Shown here piece after piece: positions 1-9,389 of a DNA stretch of 32,000 nucleotides. Origin of the DNA: Candidatus Arthromitus sp. SFB-rat-Yit (lineage in GTDB: Bacteria > Bacillota > Clostridia > Clostridiales > Clostridiaceae); contig NC_016012.1 in the NCBI RefSeq assembly GCF_000283555.1, forward strand, positions 930,001-962,000. The letters are read 5' to 3'. Made by a program: the position numbers and the translations under genes. Position 1 is the first letter of the stretch. Every line of letters begins with the position of its first letter. The notes beneath the pieces were generated by a model. It was given only the letters and a program-made list of their open reading frames with translations, was not told the origin of the DNA and did no database searches.

Positions 1-257
1 TTCTTTGCTTTAGATATCAACATATCACTTATCTTTTTAAATTTTAAAATTTCATCTCTTCTAACTCTATAAGTTTTTGTCCTTATACGTTTAATTATTT
101 CATTATTAGTTTTAATTTCTCTTGATATATTGTTCTGCGTACTGTATGCATCATATATATTTGGACTAATTATTGTTTTAGTAGAATGTGGATAATTTTT
201 ATTATTGCCACCGCTACGAATAATATTTTTATTTGAACTACTGAATAATGTCATCAT
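1..257 (-). CDS. fliH: FliH-like flagellar assembly protein, N-terminal part, truncated by window start
   Basis: Open frame from ATG at 257 (MMTLFSSSNKNIIRSGG...) to the window edge, overlapping the fliG 3' end; the position after fliG fits fliH. No strong motif in this fragment. Confidence 0.55.
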   Translation of the reverse strand, partial: MMTLFSSSNKNIIRSGGNNKNYPHSTKTIISPNIYDAYSTQNNISREIKTNNEIIKRIRTKTYRVRRDEILKFKKISDMLISKAK

Positions 258-1251
258 CTCCTCCTCGAACAATTAATATTTCACCTTGCTCATCTAATTT
301 TCTAATCTGAGAAACAATAACTTGTTGAGCCTTCTCAACATCAGACAATTTAACAGGACCCATATATTCAATTTCTTCACGAACATTTTCTGCTGCACCT
401 TTTGATAAATTGCTAAATATAAGTTCCTTAACAGAATCACTACTACCTTTAAGTGCAAGAGCTAATTCTTTTTGATCTATACTTCTTAAAACTTTTTGTA
501 TATCTTCGGATCCCAGAGTCACAATATCCTCAAACACAAACATAGATGCTCTTAATTTTTCCGCAAGTTCTTTATCATGATTCTCAAGACCTGAAGTAAT
601 ATTTCTCTCCGTATTTCTATCAACTCTATTAAGCATATCAACAAGCGACTCAATTCCTCCGATAACTGTCGCTTCAGGCTTCACAAAATTCGATAATTTA
701 TATTCCAAAACCCTCTCAACTTCTTTAACCGCATAAGGCGAAGTGTTCCTAATCGTAGCAACCCTATACGCTACATCGTTTTGGAGATGATCAGGTAAAG
801 AGCTCAAAATTTGTGCTGCCTTCTCTGGTTGAATATAACACAAAACTAATGCAATAGTCTGTGGATGTTCATCAATTATTATATTTAATAACTGAGTTGG
901 ATCAGCTTTACGTGCAATGGTGAAAGGTCTATATATATCTGTTGCCTCTTTTATTTTATCTAAAATTTCAATAGCCTTATCTGATCCTAGTGCTTTACTT
1001 AAAATATTTTTAGCGTAATCAAATCCTCCTTCAAGCAAAAACTCTTTCGCTTTATTCATCTCTATAAATTCATGCAAAATCTCTTTTCTTTCTTCAATTG
1101 TTACCGAATTTATAGTTGCTATTTCAAAAGAAATCTTATTTATTTCATCTTCATTCAAAAACTTCATTATTTCTGAGGCTACTTCTGAACCCAAAGTTAT
1201 TAATAGTATTGCCGTTTTTTGAACTCCTGATATTTTCTTCTTCAAAAGCAT
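238..1251 (-). CDS. fliG: Flagellar motor switch protein FliG
   Basis: 337 aa; FliG features such as KAAILLITLGSEVASEIMKFLNEDEI, EHPQTIALVLCYI, FVFEDIVTLGSEDIQKVLR, GPVKLSDVEKAQQVIV. Confidence 0.97.
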   Translation of the reverse strand: MLLKKKISGVQKTAILLITLGSEVASEIMKFLNEDEINKISFEIATINSVTIEERKEILHEFIEMNKAKEFLLEGGFDYAKNILSKALGSDKAIEILDKIKEATDIYRPFTIARKADPTQLLNIIIDEHPQTIALVLCYIQPEKAAQILSSLPDHLQNDVAYRVATIRNTSPYAVKEVERVLEYKLSNFVKPEATVIGGIESLVDMLNRVDRNTERNITSGLENHDKELAEKLRASMFVFEDIVTLGSEDIQKVLRSIDQKELALALKGSSDSVKELIFSNLSKGAAENVREEIEYMGPVKLSDVEKAQQVIVSQIRKLDEQGEILIVRGGDDDIIQ

Positions 1252-1310
1252 CTCCTCCCATTGTTCTATTTTGCGTAAAATTTATATTTTTAAGCATAAT
1301 TTAAACAAAT

Positions 1311-1345
1311 AAAAAAACTTCTATCACATTACTCGCGATAGAAGT
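1311..1345 (-). terminator. Intrinsic terminator after flgC
   Basis: Minus strand ACTTCTATC-gcgagtaatgt-GATAGAAGT followed by TTTTTT. Confidence 0.85.
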
Positions 1346-1352
1346 TATAAAT

Positions 1353-1775
1353 TTACTTTCCTATTTCTAATGCTTTCATAAACATTTGCTTGTTTGCATT
1401 AAAATTATCAGCATTAGATTCGTATGATCTAGTAGCTAAAATCATTTCAGCCATTTCATTCAATATATTAACATTGCTTCCTTCAACAAATCCTTCTTCA
1501 TTTGCATAAGGATGAGTTGGATCTAAAATCATTTTAGATGGAGAGTTATCCTCCATTATCTTTGAAACCTTAACTCCCTTAAATTTATTTAATCCAGACA
1601 TTGATCTATCTAAATGTTCTTGGAAAACTGCAATCTTGCGTTTATATGCATCTGTTGTATCTGTTTTAATAGAATTATAGTTTGCAATATTTGATGAAAT
1701 CAAATCCATTCTCATTCTTTCGGCAGCAAGTCCACTTGCACTAATTCTCATTGACCTAAAAGCATTATTAAGCAT
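1353..1775 (-). CDS. flgC: Flagellar basal-body rod protein FlgC
   Basis: 140 aa; MLNNAFRSMRISASGLAAERMRMDLISSNIAN and C-terminal NEMAEMILATRSYESNADNFNANKQMFMKALEIGK. Confidence 0.96.
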   Translation of the reverse strand: MLNNAFRSMRISASGLAAERMRMDLISSNIANYNSIKTDTTDAYKRKIAVFQEHLDRSMSGLNKFKGVKVSKIMEDNSPSKMILDPTHPYANEEGFVEGSNVNILNEMAEMILATRSYESNADNFNANKQMFMKALEIGK

Positions 1776-1800
1776 ACATCATTCACCTTCCATTTATGTT

Positions 1801-2163
1801 CTATCTTCCACTTATAATTGTTGAAATATTTTGATACCTACCATTTATAGCAGAAATCAAAGTATTATACATAAGTGTATTTGCAGCTTGATTTGCTTTT
1901 TCTATATCCAAATCAACGTTGTTACCATCACTTCTCATAACTGTTGAATTATCTTGTATAATGCTATAATGTTCATTATCAATTTTTATATGTTTATCAT
2001 TGCTTGTCTTAAATTCAACCCTCGGTATTCCAAAATTCAAATACTTCTCAAACACAACATCAGAACGTTTAAAATCTTTAGTATTAACATTAACCAAATT
2101 ATTGGATATAACATCCCTTCTAACAGAAGAAACATCTAAGGCAGTTCTTAATAATTGATACAT
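1801..2163 (-). CDS. flgB: Flagellar basal-body rod protein FlgB
   Basis: 120 aa; LDVSSVRRDVISNNLVNVNTKDFKRSDVVFE and C-terminal QAANTLMYNTLISAINGRYQNISTIISGR. Confidence 0.93.
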   Translation of the reverse strand: MYQLLRTALDVSSVRRDVISNNLVNVNTKDFKRSDVVFEKYLNFGIPRVEFKTSNDKHIKIDNEHYSIIQDNSTVMRSDGNNVDLDIEKANQAANTLMYNTLISAINGRYQNISTIISGR

Positions 2164-2179
2164 ATCAACTTCTCCTAAA

Positions 2180-3019
2180 CTATTTATATAATTTCCCTAA
2201 AACTCCTATCAGATCATTAGGCAAATAAATTGTTTTACTCATATTTTTAATATTAGCTTCAGTTAATAGTAACGTTCTAGAAAATTCAATCATCTCCAAA
2301 GCAACATCAGCATCTTCTATCTTACTCTTAGCACCTGTAACAACTTCCTGTATTGATTCCGATTGGTCAATTTTACCCTCAAAAGTCGTACTTATAGCTC
2401 CAAGCTTTGTCCTCGCATTAATAACCTGTGATGCTGCATTATCTAATTTTTCCAAATTAACCCCAATATCATCTCGAATATCCATCCCCTCAATACCTAA
2501 ATTTTTAATAGACAAATTAAATGATGGTATTTCAGCAAACTCTCCAGAGTTACCTGTTGTTAGCACACTCATCAACTTTGGATTAATATTATCAGTGACA
2601 TCTTCATTTCCCAAAATATTTACTTCATTAAATGAAAAATGTTCAATATCATAGTTCATGCTTTCAAGAATACTATTAACCTCATTTTGAATAACATCTT
2701 TTTCCTCCCCTTGAATACTTCCATTTCCCAAACTGATAGTTATTTCTCTGAGTCTCGTTATTCTATCATTAAGCGATCCCATAACATTATCTGCAGATTG
2801 AATCATGCTTACAGTATCTTGTATATTTTTTCTAGAACTTTGATATCCCCTAATCTCCTTTTCAAAGTTTGCAAGCTTAGAAATTCTACTAGGATTATCT
2901 TTTGCAGAATTAATTTGTTTACCTGTTGATATATTATTTATACTTTTCGAATGATTCGAAATATTTTTTTTATAATTCATAAGCGTTTTTGTAGCATTAG
3001 AATTAAAAGTTAATTTCAT
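2180..3019 (-). CDS. Divergent flagellin
   Basis: Flagellin N-domain (KNISNHSKSINNISTGKQINSAKDNPS...RITRLREITISLGNG...IQNEV) and C-domain SKIEDADVALEMIEFSR. The ORF track extends to 3034; MKLTF is the more likely start. Confidence 0.88.
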   Translation of the reverse strand: MKLTFNSNATKTLMNYKKNISNHSKSINNISTGKQINSAKDNPSRISKLANFEKEIRGYQSSRKNIQDTVSMIQSADNVMGSLNDRITRLREITISLGNGSIQGEEKDVIQNEVNSILESMNYDIEHFSFNEVNILGNEDVTDNINPKLMSVLTTGNSGEFAEIPSFNLSIKNLGIEGMDIRDDIGVNLEKLDNAASQVINARTKLGAISTTFEGKIDQSESIQEVVTGAKSKIEDADVALEMIEFSRTLLLTEANIKNMSKTIYLPNDLIGVLGKLYK

Positions 3020-3044
3020 ACTAAAACCTCTCATTTAACAAAGA

Positions 3045-3392
3045 TTAAATATTTTTCAATTTCGATTGCCATTTAAATAAAATATATTTCAACTCATACT
3101 TAAGTATTTGACTACAAAGCTCATAATCATTATTACAAAAAGCATCTCCAAAACTCTCAAGTGCAAATTTCAAATCAGTTTCTTTTGAAAATATTACCAA
3201 ATTCAATTGCTCATTTTCTTTTATAAACTTTACTAATAATTCTAATTGTCCTCCAAATTCGGCAACATAAGTTTTAAGAAGTTCAATATTATTTTTTTTA
3301 ATAATTACATCACAAACCTTATCTAAAAAATAAGACAATTGAACTAAATAATGATTACATTCATCAATAATATCATTATCTAAATTTATCAT
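3045..3392 (-). CDS. Hypothetical protein upstream of flagellin
   Basis: 115 aa ORF, predicted largely helical, no recognised family. Confidence 0.6.
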   Translation of the reverse strand: MINLDNDIIDECNHYLVQLSYFLDKVCDVIIKKNNIELLKTYVAEFGGQLELLVKFIKENEQLNLVIFSKETDLKFALESFGDAFCNNDYELCSQILKYELKYILFKWQSKLKNI

Positions 3393-3574
3393 AATAATTG
3401 TTCTCCCATTAATAATATGTTCATTTTTTTCTTAATTATTTCGTATTATTCTGAAAAATTTAATATTAGGATTTAAATAATTCAATAATAAATATTTGTC
3501 ATTTATTATACCAATTTTCACAAAATTATATTAAAATAGTAATTATTGATTAATTTTAATAAGGAGTTTTTAAA

Positions 3575-4975
3575 ATGGAAAATAGTTTTTTAAAAGAGTT
3601 TCTTATGATATCTTCTTTTAATACACTAGTATGTTTAGTAGTATTAGTATTACTTTTTGCACTTATGTTTTTTTTCAAGAAAAAACATATAAACTTCTCA
3701 AATAGAATGTTTATAGGTACAGGTCTTGGAATAATTTTGGGACTTGCAATTCAATTCATATCTAAATTCCCTAAAAATCCACTTGAAATAACTTGGATAA
3801 ATGAATCTACAAAATGGTTTTCTTTATTTGGAAATGGTTTTATAGATTTAATTAGAATGATTGTTGTGCCCCTTATTATAATTTCAATCATTCATATAAT
3901 AATCAACATGAAAAAAGAGGCAAAAATAAAGCAACTTACAATCTATACTTTAATAACATTGCTCTCAACTGTAATTATATCTGCAATAATAGGATTAATA
4001 GTTTCCTCTGTATTTAAAATAGGATTAAACTCAACTATAACTTCTGGATCATCTAACATAAAAGAAGTACAATCTTTAGTTGACATATTCAGGAATTTAA
4101 TACCAAAAAATCCGATAGAGGCAATGGCTAATTCAAATGTTATAGCTGTTGTTATATTTTCTATTTTTATTGGTACAGCCGCAAAAAAAATGGGAAAAAT
4201 ATATCTAAAAACAATGGAAACATTCAATAAACTAATAGATGCTCTTCACAAAATAATAGTTAGTGTAACAATGACTATAATAAACTTAATGCCTTACGCT
4301 GTAATTCCACTATTAGCTAATACAATTGCCCAACGTGGTATTAAGTCAATTTTAGACGTTATACTGTTCATAATCGCTCTATATATAGCAGTAATTCTAA
4401 TGTTTATAGTTCATATGATTTTATTATCTTTATTTGGTTTCAATCCTATTACTTATATTAAAAAAGCTATTCCTGTACTTGTACTAGCATTTACATCTAG
4501 ATCAAGTCTTGGGTGTTTACCTGTAACTATTGAAACACTTGATTCTATGGGATGTAATTCATCGACCTCAACTTTTGTTTCTAGTTTAGGATCAACTACA
4601 GGAATGAATGGATGTGCTGGTATCTTCCCTGCAATGCTCATTATAATGATATCAAATATTACAGGGTATCCAATTAATTTGAATTTTATAATAATGACAT
4701 TACTTGTAGTGACTATTAGTTCTATTGGGATAGCCGGTGTTCCTGGAACGGCAACAACAAGTGCATCAATAAATCTTTCTGCTGTTGGATTAGGTCAATA
4801 TTTTGACTTAACAAGCCCAATACTTGCTGTTGATCCAATCTTAGATATGGCTAGAACCATGTTAAATATAAATGCTGTTTTAACAACTTCCTTAATTGTA
4901 GATAAAAAATTAAAACAAGTAGATATGAATAAATTCGATGACATGAATTCCAAAATAGATGGTTCATTTATGTAA
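3575..4975 (+). CDS. tcyP: Dicarboxylate/amino acid:cation symporter (DAACS), TcyP-like L-cystine transporter
   Basis: 466 aa polytopic protein; DAACS signatures FTSRSSLGCLPVTIETL and GMNGCAGIFPAMLIIMI, SDD motif region. Confidence 0.8.
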   Translation: MENSFLKEFLMISSFNTLVCLVVLVLLFALMFFFKKKHINFSNRMFIGTGLGIILGLAIQFISKFPKNPLEITWINESTKWFSLFGNGFIDLIRMIVVPLIIISIIHIIINMKKEAKIKQLTIYTLITLLSTVIISAIIGLIVSSVFKIGLNSTITSGSSNIKEVQSLVDIFRNLIPKNPIEAMANSNVIAVVIFSIFIGTAAKKMGKIYLKTMETFNKLIDALHKIIVSVTMTIINLMPYAVIPLLANTIAQRGIKSILDVILFIIALYIAVILMFIVHMILLSLFGFNPITYIKKAIPVLVLAFTSRSSLGCLPVTIETLDSMGCNSSTSTFVSSLGSTTGMNGCAGIFPAMLIIMISNITGYPINLNFIIMTLLVVTISSIGIAGVPGTATTSASINLSAVGLGQYFDLTSPILAVDPILDMARTMLNINAVLTTSLIVDKKLKQVDMNKFDDMNSKIDGSFM

Positions 4976-4981
4976 AATAAT

Positions 4982-5007
4982 AAAGACAGGAACATGTTCC
5001 TGTCTTT
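4982..5007. terminator. Bidirectional intrinsic terminator between convergent genes
   Basis: Perfect palindrome AAAGACAGGAACATGTTCCTGTCTTT flanked by A/T runs. Confidence 0.85.
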
Positions 5008-5570
5008 ATTTGTCTATGTATTTGATAACCCTTGCTGGTACTCCCGCAACTACAGAGTTACTTGGTACATCCTCGTTAACAATAGATCCATCTGCTACGA
5101 CAGCTCCGTCATTAATTTTAACACCAGACAAAATTGTCGCTCTAGAACCAATCCAAACATTTTTACCTATCTCAATTGAATTAGTATGAAGTATATCCCT
5201 TTTATTTGGATTTAGGTCATGATTTAATGTAGCCAAAATTACATTGTGTCCAATCAAAGCACCATCTCCTATATATATTCCACCTTGATCCTGAAAACAA
5301 CAACATGAATTTATAAAAACATTTTTACCTACACTTATATTTTTCAAAATCAGTATAAAAAGGTGGAAATAACATAAAAGTTTCATCAACTTCTTTACCA
5401 ATTAATTCTGAAAACAATTTAACAATTTCTTCTTTAGTATGATAAGTATAGTTAAGATCATTCATTATCTTTCTAGAATTCTCATTTACCTCCATCATAA
5501 GATCATACATTTCTGATCCATATATATCATTACCGCCTTCAATTCTCTTAATAAAATCATTTAATTCCAT
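5006..5570 (-). pseudogene. Maltose/galactoside O-acetyltransferase-like (LbH hexapeptide) gene split by a frameshift
   Basis: N-terminal part in ORF 5325..5570 (...PPFYTDFEKYKCR*) and C-terminal hexapeptide part in ORF 5006..5401 (KNISVGKNVFINSCCCFQDQGGIYIG...VVAGVPARVI) are in adjacent frames. Confidence 0.75.
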
Positions 5571-5584
5571 TTAGTAAATCAACT

Positions 5585-5908
5585 TTACTTTAAATCGTTT
5601 TCTTTAAATTTTTTATAAACATCAATGAATTCTCTAGCAATTATTTTAAATCCTTCAGCACTCATCAATTGATCTTCAGCATGCATCAAAATCAAACTAA
5701 ATGGTAATTTTTCATTATTAGCTTCCATTTGTATTAAGTCAGCATGTGCAGCATGACCAGATTTAAATGCATCAATTCCATCTTTCATTAATTTTTCAGC
5801 CATCTCAAAATCAAATTTCTTAGCATAAGAAATAGCCTCGATATAAAACGATCTAGCACTTCCAACATTAGATATTATTTCAAAACTTTTCAACTCTAAA
5901 TCATTCAT
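5585..5908 (-). CDS. PTS lactose/cellobiose-type EIIA component
   Basis: 107 aa; FEIISNVGSARSFYIEAISYAKK...GHAAHADLIQMEA...LILMHAEDQLMSA, including the conserved phospho-acceptor His region. Confidence 0.92.
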   Translation of the reverse strand: MNDLELKSFEIISNVGSARSFYIEAISYAKKFDFEMAEKLMKDGIDAFKSGHAAHADLIQMEANNEKLPFSLILMHAEDQLMSAEGFKIIAREFIDVYKKFKENDLK

Positions 5909-5960
5909 TTGTAACTACCCTCCTCATCACGTACAAAACTTATCATAAACTTTAAATTTT

Positions 5961-6299
5961 TTATTCAGATTTACTTATAACTTTCTGAACAAATACATTT
6001 ATCTCCTGCATTTTAACACCTGTAAACATTTCCACCTGAGTTTTAACGTTTTCTTGAAGTTCTCTAATAACACTTGGAATCTTAATTCCATATTCAACAG
6101 CAACACTTATATCTATACTTGTTTTATTATCACTTAAATTAACCTTAATTCCTTTAGCAATATTTTTCTTATTAAAAGAATCGATCCCACTGTTACTATT
6201 AAATAAAGGATATACTCCCTTTACTTCACTTGCAGCTATACCTGCTATGACAGTTATAACATCATCAGATATTTTAACAATTCCAATACTATTATTCAC
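5961..6299 (-). CDS. Asp23/Gls24 family envelope stress response protein
   Basis: 112 aa; IVKISDDVITVIAGIAASEVKGV...GIKVNLSDNKTSIDISVAVEYGIKIPSVIRELQENVKTQVEMFTGVKMQEINVFV. Confidence 0.93.
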   Translation of the reverse strand: MNNSIGIVKISDDVITVIAGIAASEVKGVYPLFNSNSGIDSFNKKNIAKGIKVNLSDNKTSIDISVAVEYGIKIPSVIRELQENVKTQVEMFTGVKMQEINVFVQKVISKSE

Positions 6300-6370
6300 T
6301 TACTCAACCCCTCTGCTTAATTACAATTTAATTATATCAAATGATAATTTTAAATACCATATTGTAAAAT

Positions 6371-6404
6371 AAAAAACTACTGATATCATAATCAGTAGTT
6401 TTTT
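6371..6404 (-). terminator. Terminator at end of spoIIIA operon
   Basis: aaaaaACTACTGATatcataATCAGTAGTtttttt hairpin. Confidence 0.85.
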
Positions 6405-6409
6405 AAGTT

Positions 6410-6919
6410 TTATTTCTTTAACTCAATTTCTACATTTTTAATTTTAGCTACACTCATAACCACTTCTTGAATTTGCTTTCTTTGACTATCTGTAAGCTCA
6501 GAATTTTTAACAAATATTCTAGCCTTATCATTCTCAATTAAACATAAAATTTCTTCAAATCCTTTACCCTTAAGAGCAAGTTCAATTTTAGTTTCATTTT
6601 CTTGGTCCATAACTAGAGCAATTTTTTGCTTAGCTGCTGTATCTCTATCCATTTGTGATACTTTTTCACTATCTATTATTTCTGCTAAATACTCAAGAGT
6701 TTCAGATGATTTCTTATCTCTAACAGATTTTGCTTCATAAAAGAAGTCATACCCAACTTCATCTTGTTTAGAATTATTTATATTTATAACCTCATCAGTA
6801 TCAGTTATAGAAACTGTTCCTAAATCTTGCATCGAACTATTAACCTTTGCAGCTAATACTCCCGCACATACAATTAATGCAAGTAATGCAAGTATAACTC
6901 CAGCTTGTTTTTTATTCAT
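6410..6919 (-). CDS. spoIIIAH: Stage III sporulation protein AH
   Basis: 169 aa; MNKKQAGVILALLALIVCAGVLAAKVN..., periplasmic domain DRDTAAKQKIALVMDQENETKIELALKGKGFEEILC; last gene of spoIIIA order. Confidence 0.93.
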   Translation of the reverse strand: MNKKQAGVILALLALIVCAGVLAAKVNSSMQDLGTVSITDTDEVININNSKQDEVGYDFFYEAKSVRDKKSSETLEYLAEIIDSEKVSQMDRDTAAKQKIALVMDQENETKIELALKGKGFEEILCLIENDKARIFVKNSELTDSQRKQIQEVVMSVAKIKNVEIELKK

Positions 6920-6976
6920 AATTAAATCCCCCTAAATTTTTCAAATTAGTTTTCCATTTTTTCAAAATAATAATTG

Positions 6977-7558
6977 CTATTTCATGGGTATGATATTAAC
7001 TTTACTTTCACTTATATCATAAAGAGAAGACACCATTTTAGTTAATTCATATGAAAGTTTATTATCTTCTGCCCCTTCAGCAACTATAAGTATCCCAACT
7101 ATTTTAGGATTATACGTTTTTAAAATTAATGGTTGTGTACTATTACCTTGATTTGACATTACAACTTTATTACCATCCCTATTGTTATTATTAACTCTAT
7201 TTCCTCCATTACTATCGCGTTCTTCTGTTACTGTATTTGATTTTTCACTATCAAGTGCTGGAATTTTTTCCTCTCCACCTTCAAAATGTATAACAACATC
7301 AACTTCTCCTACTCCCCTTACTTTAGATAAAATATTTTTTAATTCTAATTTAACTTTATCTTCATAAGAAATTTGACTATAATCAATTGTATTTTTATTT
7401 TGTTGTGATACATCATTTTTTGAAACATCTAAAAATGTTGGAGTTGAGCTATTAAAATAACTAACTGCAAAAATCATAATTCCAGCTATAATAATTAATA
7501 TAATCATATAAGTAAATTTATTACTTTTTTTTATAATTTTTTGTTTTATCTTTTCCAT
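6977..7558 (-). CDS. spoIIIAG: Stage III sporulation protein AG
   Basis: 193 aa; single TM plus KLELKNILSKVRGVGEVDVVIHFEGG; operon position. Confidence 0.92.
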   Translation of the reverse strand: MEKIKQKIIKKSNKFTYMIILIIIAGIMIFAVSYFNSSTPTFLDVSKNDVSQQNKNTIDYSQISYEDKVKLELKNILSKVRGVGEVDVVIHFEGGEEKIPALDSEKSNTVTEERDSNGGNRVNNNNRDGNKVVMSNQGNSTQPLILKTYNPKIVGILIVAEGAEDNKLSYELTKMVSSLYDISESKVNIIPMK

Positions 7559-7573
7559 TTATTGTAATGCTCC

Positions 7574-8161
7574 TCAATTTAAATATACCTTTATAATATT
7601 TTCTGAAATATTTAACTCACTAGATAAAAATATTTTTATTTCTTTAGCTTTTGATCCTTCTTTAGTTGTAACCTTATTAATTTGTTTGTTATCTATAATC
7701 ACATCTTCAATTATTTCTACTTTCTTAATACCTGACTCTTGTGCTCTTACAATAATTTCTTGTATCTTAAAATCTCCAGCCTCATAAATACCTGATGTTT
7801 CAACATCAAATTTATTATTTTTAAATTTATTTTCAAGTAATATCTTGCAATTATTAGAAAGATTTAGCTCAAAACTTTCTATAGTTGTTTTCCTTGCTCT
7901 CTCACTATATTCTTCAAAATTATTGTTAAGGTAATCATCAAATTTATCTATATAATTTTCATTTACGGATATATCCTTATACAAATTATTATCCTGACTA
8001 ACAAAATTAATAATTGGATTTATCACAACAACTATAAAAATAAGACCTAATACAAATTTTGCATACCTTTTAATGCTATTCTCAGGTAAAATAAGTTCTA
8101 TTGCTGTCATAAACAAAATAGTTACACAAATATCACTTACCCAATCTTTTAAAATATCCAT
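7574..8161 (-). CDS. spoIIIAF: Stage III sporulation protein AF
   Basis: 195 aa; WVSDICVTILFMTAIELILPENSIKRYAKFVLGLIFIVVVINPI. Confidence 0.93.
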   Translation of the reverse strand: MDILKDWVSDICVTILFMTAIELILPENSIKRYAKFVLGLIFIVVVINPIINFVSQDNNLYKDISVNENYIDKFDDYLNNNFEEYSERARKTTIESFELNLSNNCKILLENKFKNNKFDVETSGIYEAGDFKIQEIIVRAQESGIKKVEIIEDVIIDNKQINKVTTKEGSKAKEIKIFLSSELNISENIIKVYLN

Positions 8162-8173
8162 CTATAATAACTC

Positions 8174-9385
8174 CTAAACACCTATTATTAATTTCCCTGC
8201 AGATGCAATTATAGAAATCATTACAAAAAATAAAATAGACACTACTATAACACATGACATTATAAGGATTAACGAATCACCCACAGAACTTATAGCAGAA
8301 ACTATCCTATTATCAGAAATAGGTTCAATAATAGCTGCTGTTAATCTGTATAATGTTGCCATTATAAAAATCTTAATTATTGGAACCAATACAATAGCTA
8401 TAACAATTATAAGTCCTAAAGAACTAACAGCATTTTTTAAAAGTATGGAATAACCTGCAACAGTTGCAATTGCATCAGAAATTGCCTTTCCTACTATTGG
8501 AACAAAATTATCTACTGCAAATTTAGCCGTTTTAGCTGTTACAATATCCAAAGACTCTGACGTAAATCCTCTTATAGTTAACATACTTATAAAAAATGTT
8601 ATAAAAATCCCTTGTGCCCAAAGTACAATTTGATTAGTATGCTTTACCAAATTTGATATCTTAAAATTATTTGATATATTGTTTGCAAATTGTAACATAA
8701 ATCCCAAAAGTATAATCGGAATCAAAATATTTAAATAAAATGTTGGTCCTATATTTGTAAGCAAAATTATTATTGGGTCGAGCGTCGCAATCTGACTAAT
8801 TCCTCCTGCAGATAAAAGTAACGTACTAAGCACTGGTATCAATACTAATAGAAAATTATTTAACTCTTTTATGGTTTCTTTAGCTATATCAATTCCTATA
8901 AGAAAAGTTTTAGAAAGTACTATTATAAGTAGGGCATAACACGCATAAAAAGCAACGTTTGACAACGTTTGGTTTGAGAAAGCAGTTTGAAGATTTTGTA
9001 TAAGTGAACAAATGACGGCTATTATTATTACAGTCGAAACTCCTTTCAAAACTAGAATAACTTCTTTTACAACGAATGACATGATGTTCCTAAATATAGT
9101 TTTACCAATACTCATTTTCTCATTTCCATGACTCATAAGTGATTTTACATATTCCCTTGGATCTAAATCTTTCAATATTTCAATATCATCTTTCATATTA
9201 GTTATGTAATTATACAAGCTTGATATTTCTTTTTCATTTTCTTTAATTATTCGCTGTATATCGTTATCACTAAATACATTTTCAGTATTACTATTACTAA
9301 CATTAACGCTTGCACTTGTACTTAAATTCGGTAAAAACAAAGTTAATAAAAATATTAACAAGAATATCTTCTTTATCATAAACAA
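8174..9385 (-). CDS. spoIIIAE: Stage III sporulation protein AE
   Basis: 403 aa polytopic protein between AF and AD; GGISQIATLDPIIILLTNIGPTFYLNILIPIILLG. Confidence 0.95.
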   Translation of the reverse strand: MFMIKKIFLLIFLLTLFLPNLSTSASVNVSNSNTENVFSDNDIQRIIKENEKEISSLYNYITNMKDDIEILKDLDPREYVKSLMSHGNEKMSIGKTIFRNIMSFVVKEVILVLKGVSTVIIIAVICSLIQNLQTAFSNQTLSNVAFYACYALLIIVLSKTFLIGIDIAKETIKELNNFLLVLIPVLSTLLLSAGGISQIATLDPIIILLTNIGPTFYLNILIPIILLGFMLQFANNISNNFKISNLVKHTNQIVLWAQGIFITFFISMLTIRGFTSESLDIVTAKTAKFAVDNFVPIVGKAISDAIATVAGYSILLKNAVSSLGLIIVIAIVLVPIIKIFIMATLYRLTAAIIEPISDNRIVSAISSVGDSLILIMSCVIVVSILFFVMISIIASAGKLIIGV

Positions 9386-9389
9386 TTCC

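Noticed and set aside
3943-5189. Overlapping minus- and plus-strand ORFs antisense to tcyP and the acetyltransferase
   Set aside because: They lie opposite a clearly homologous CDS, have no family signature and are typical shadow ORFs.
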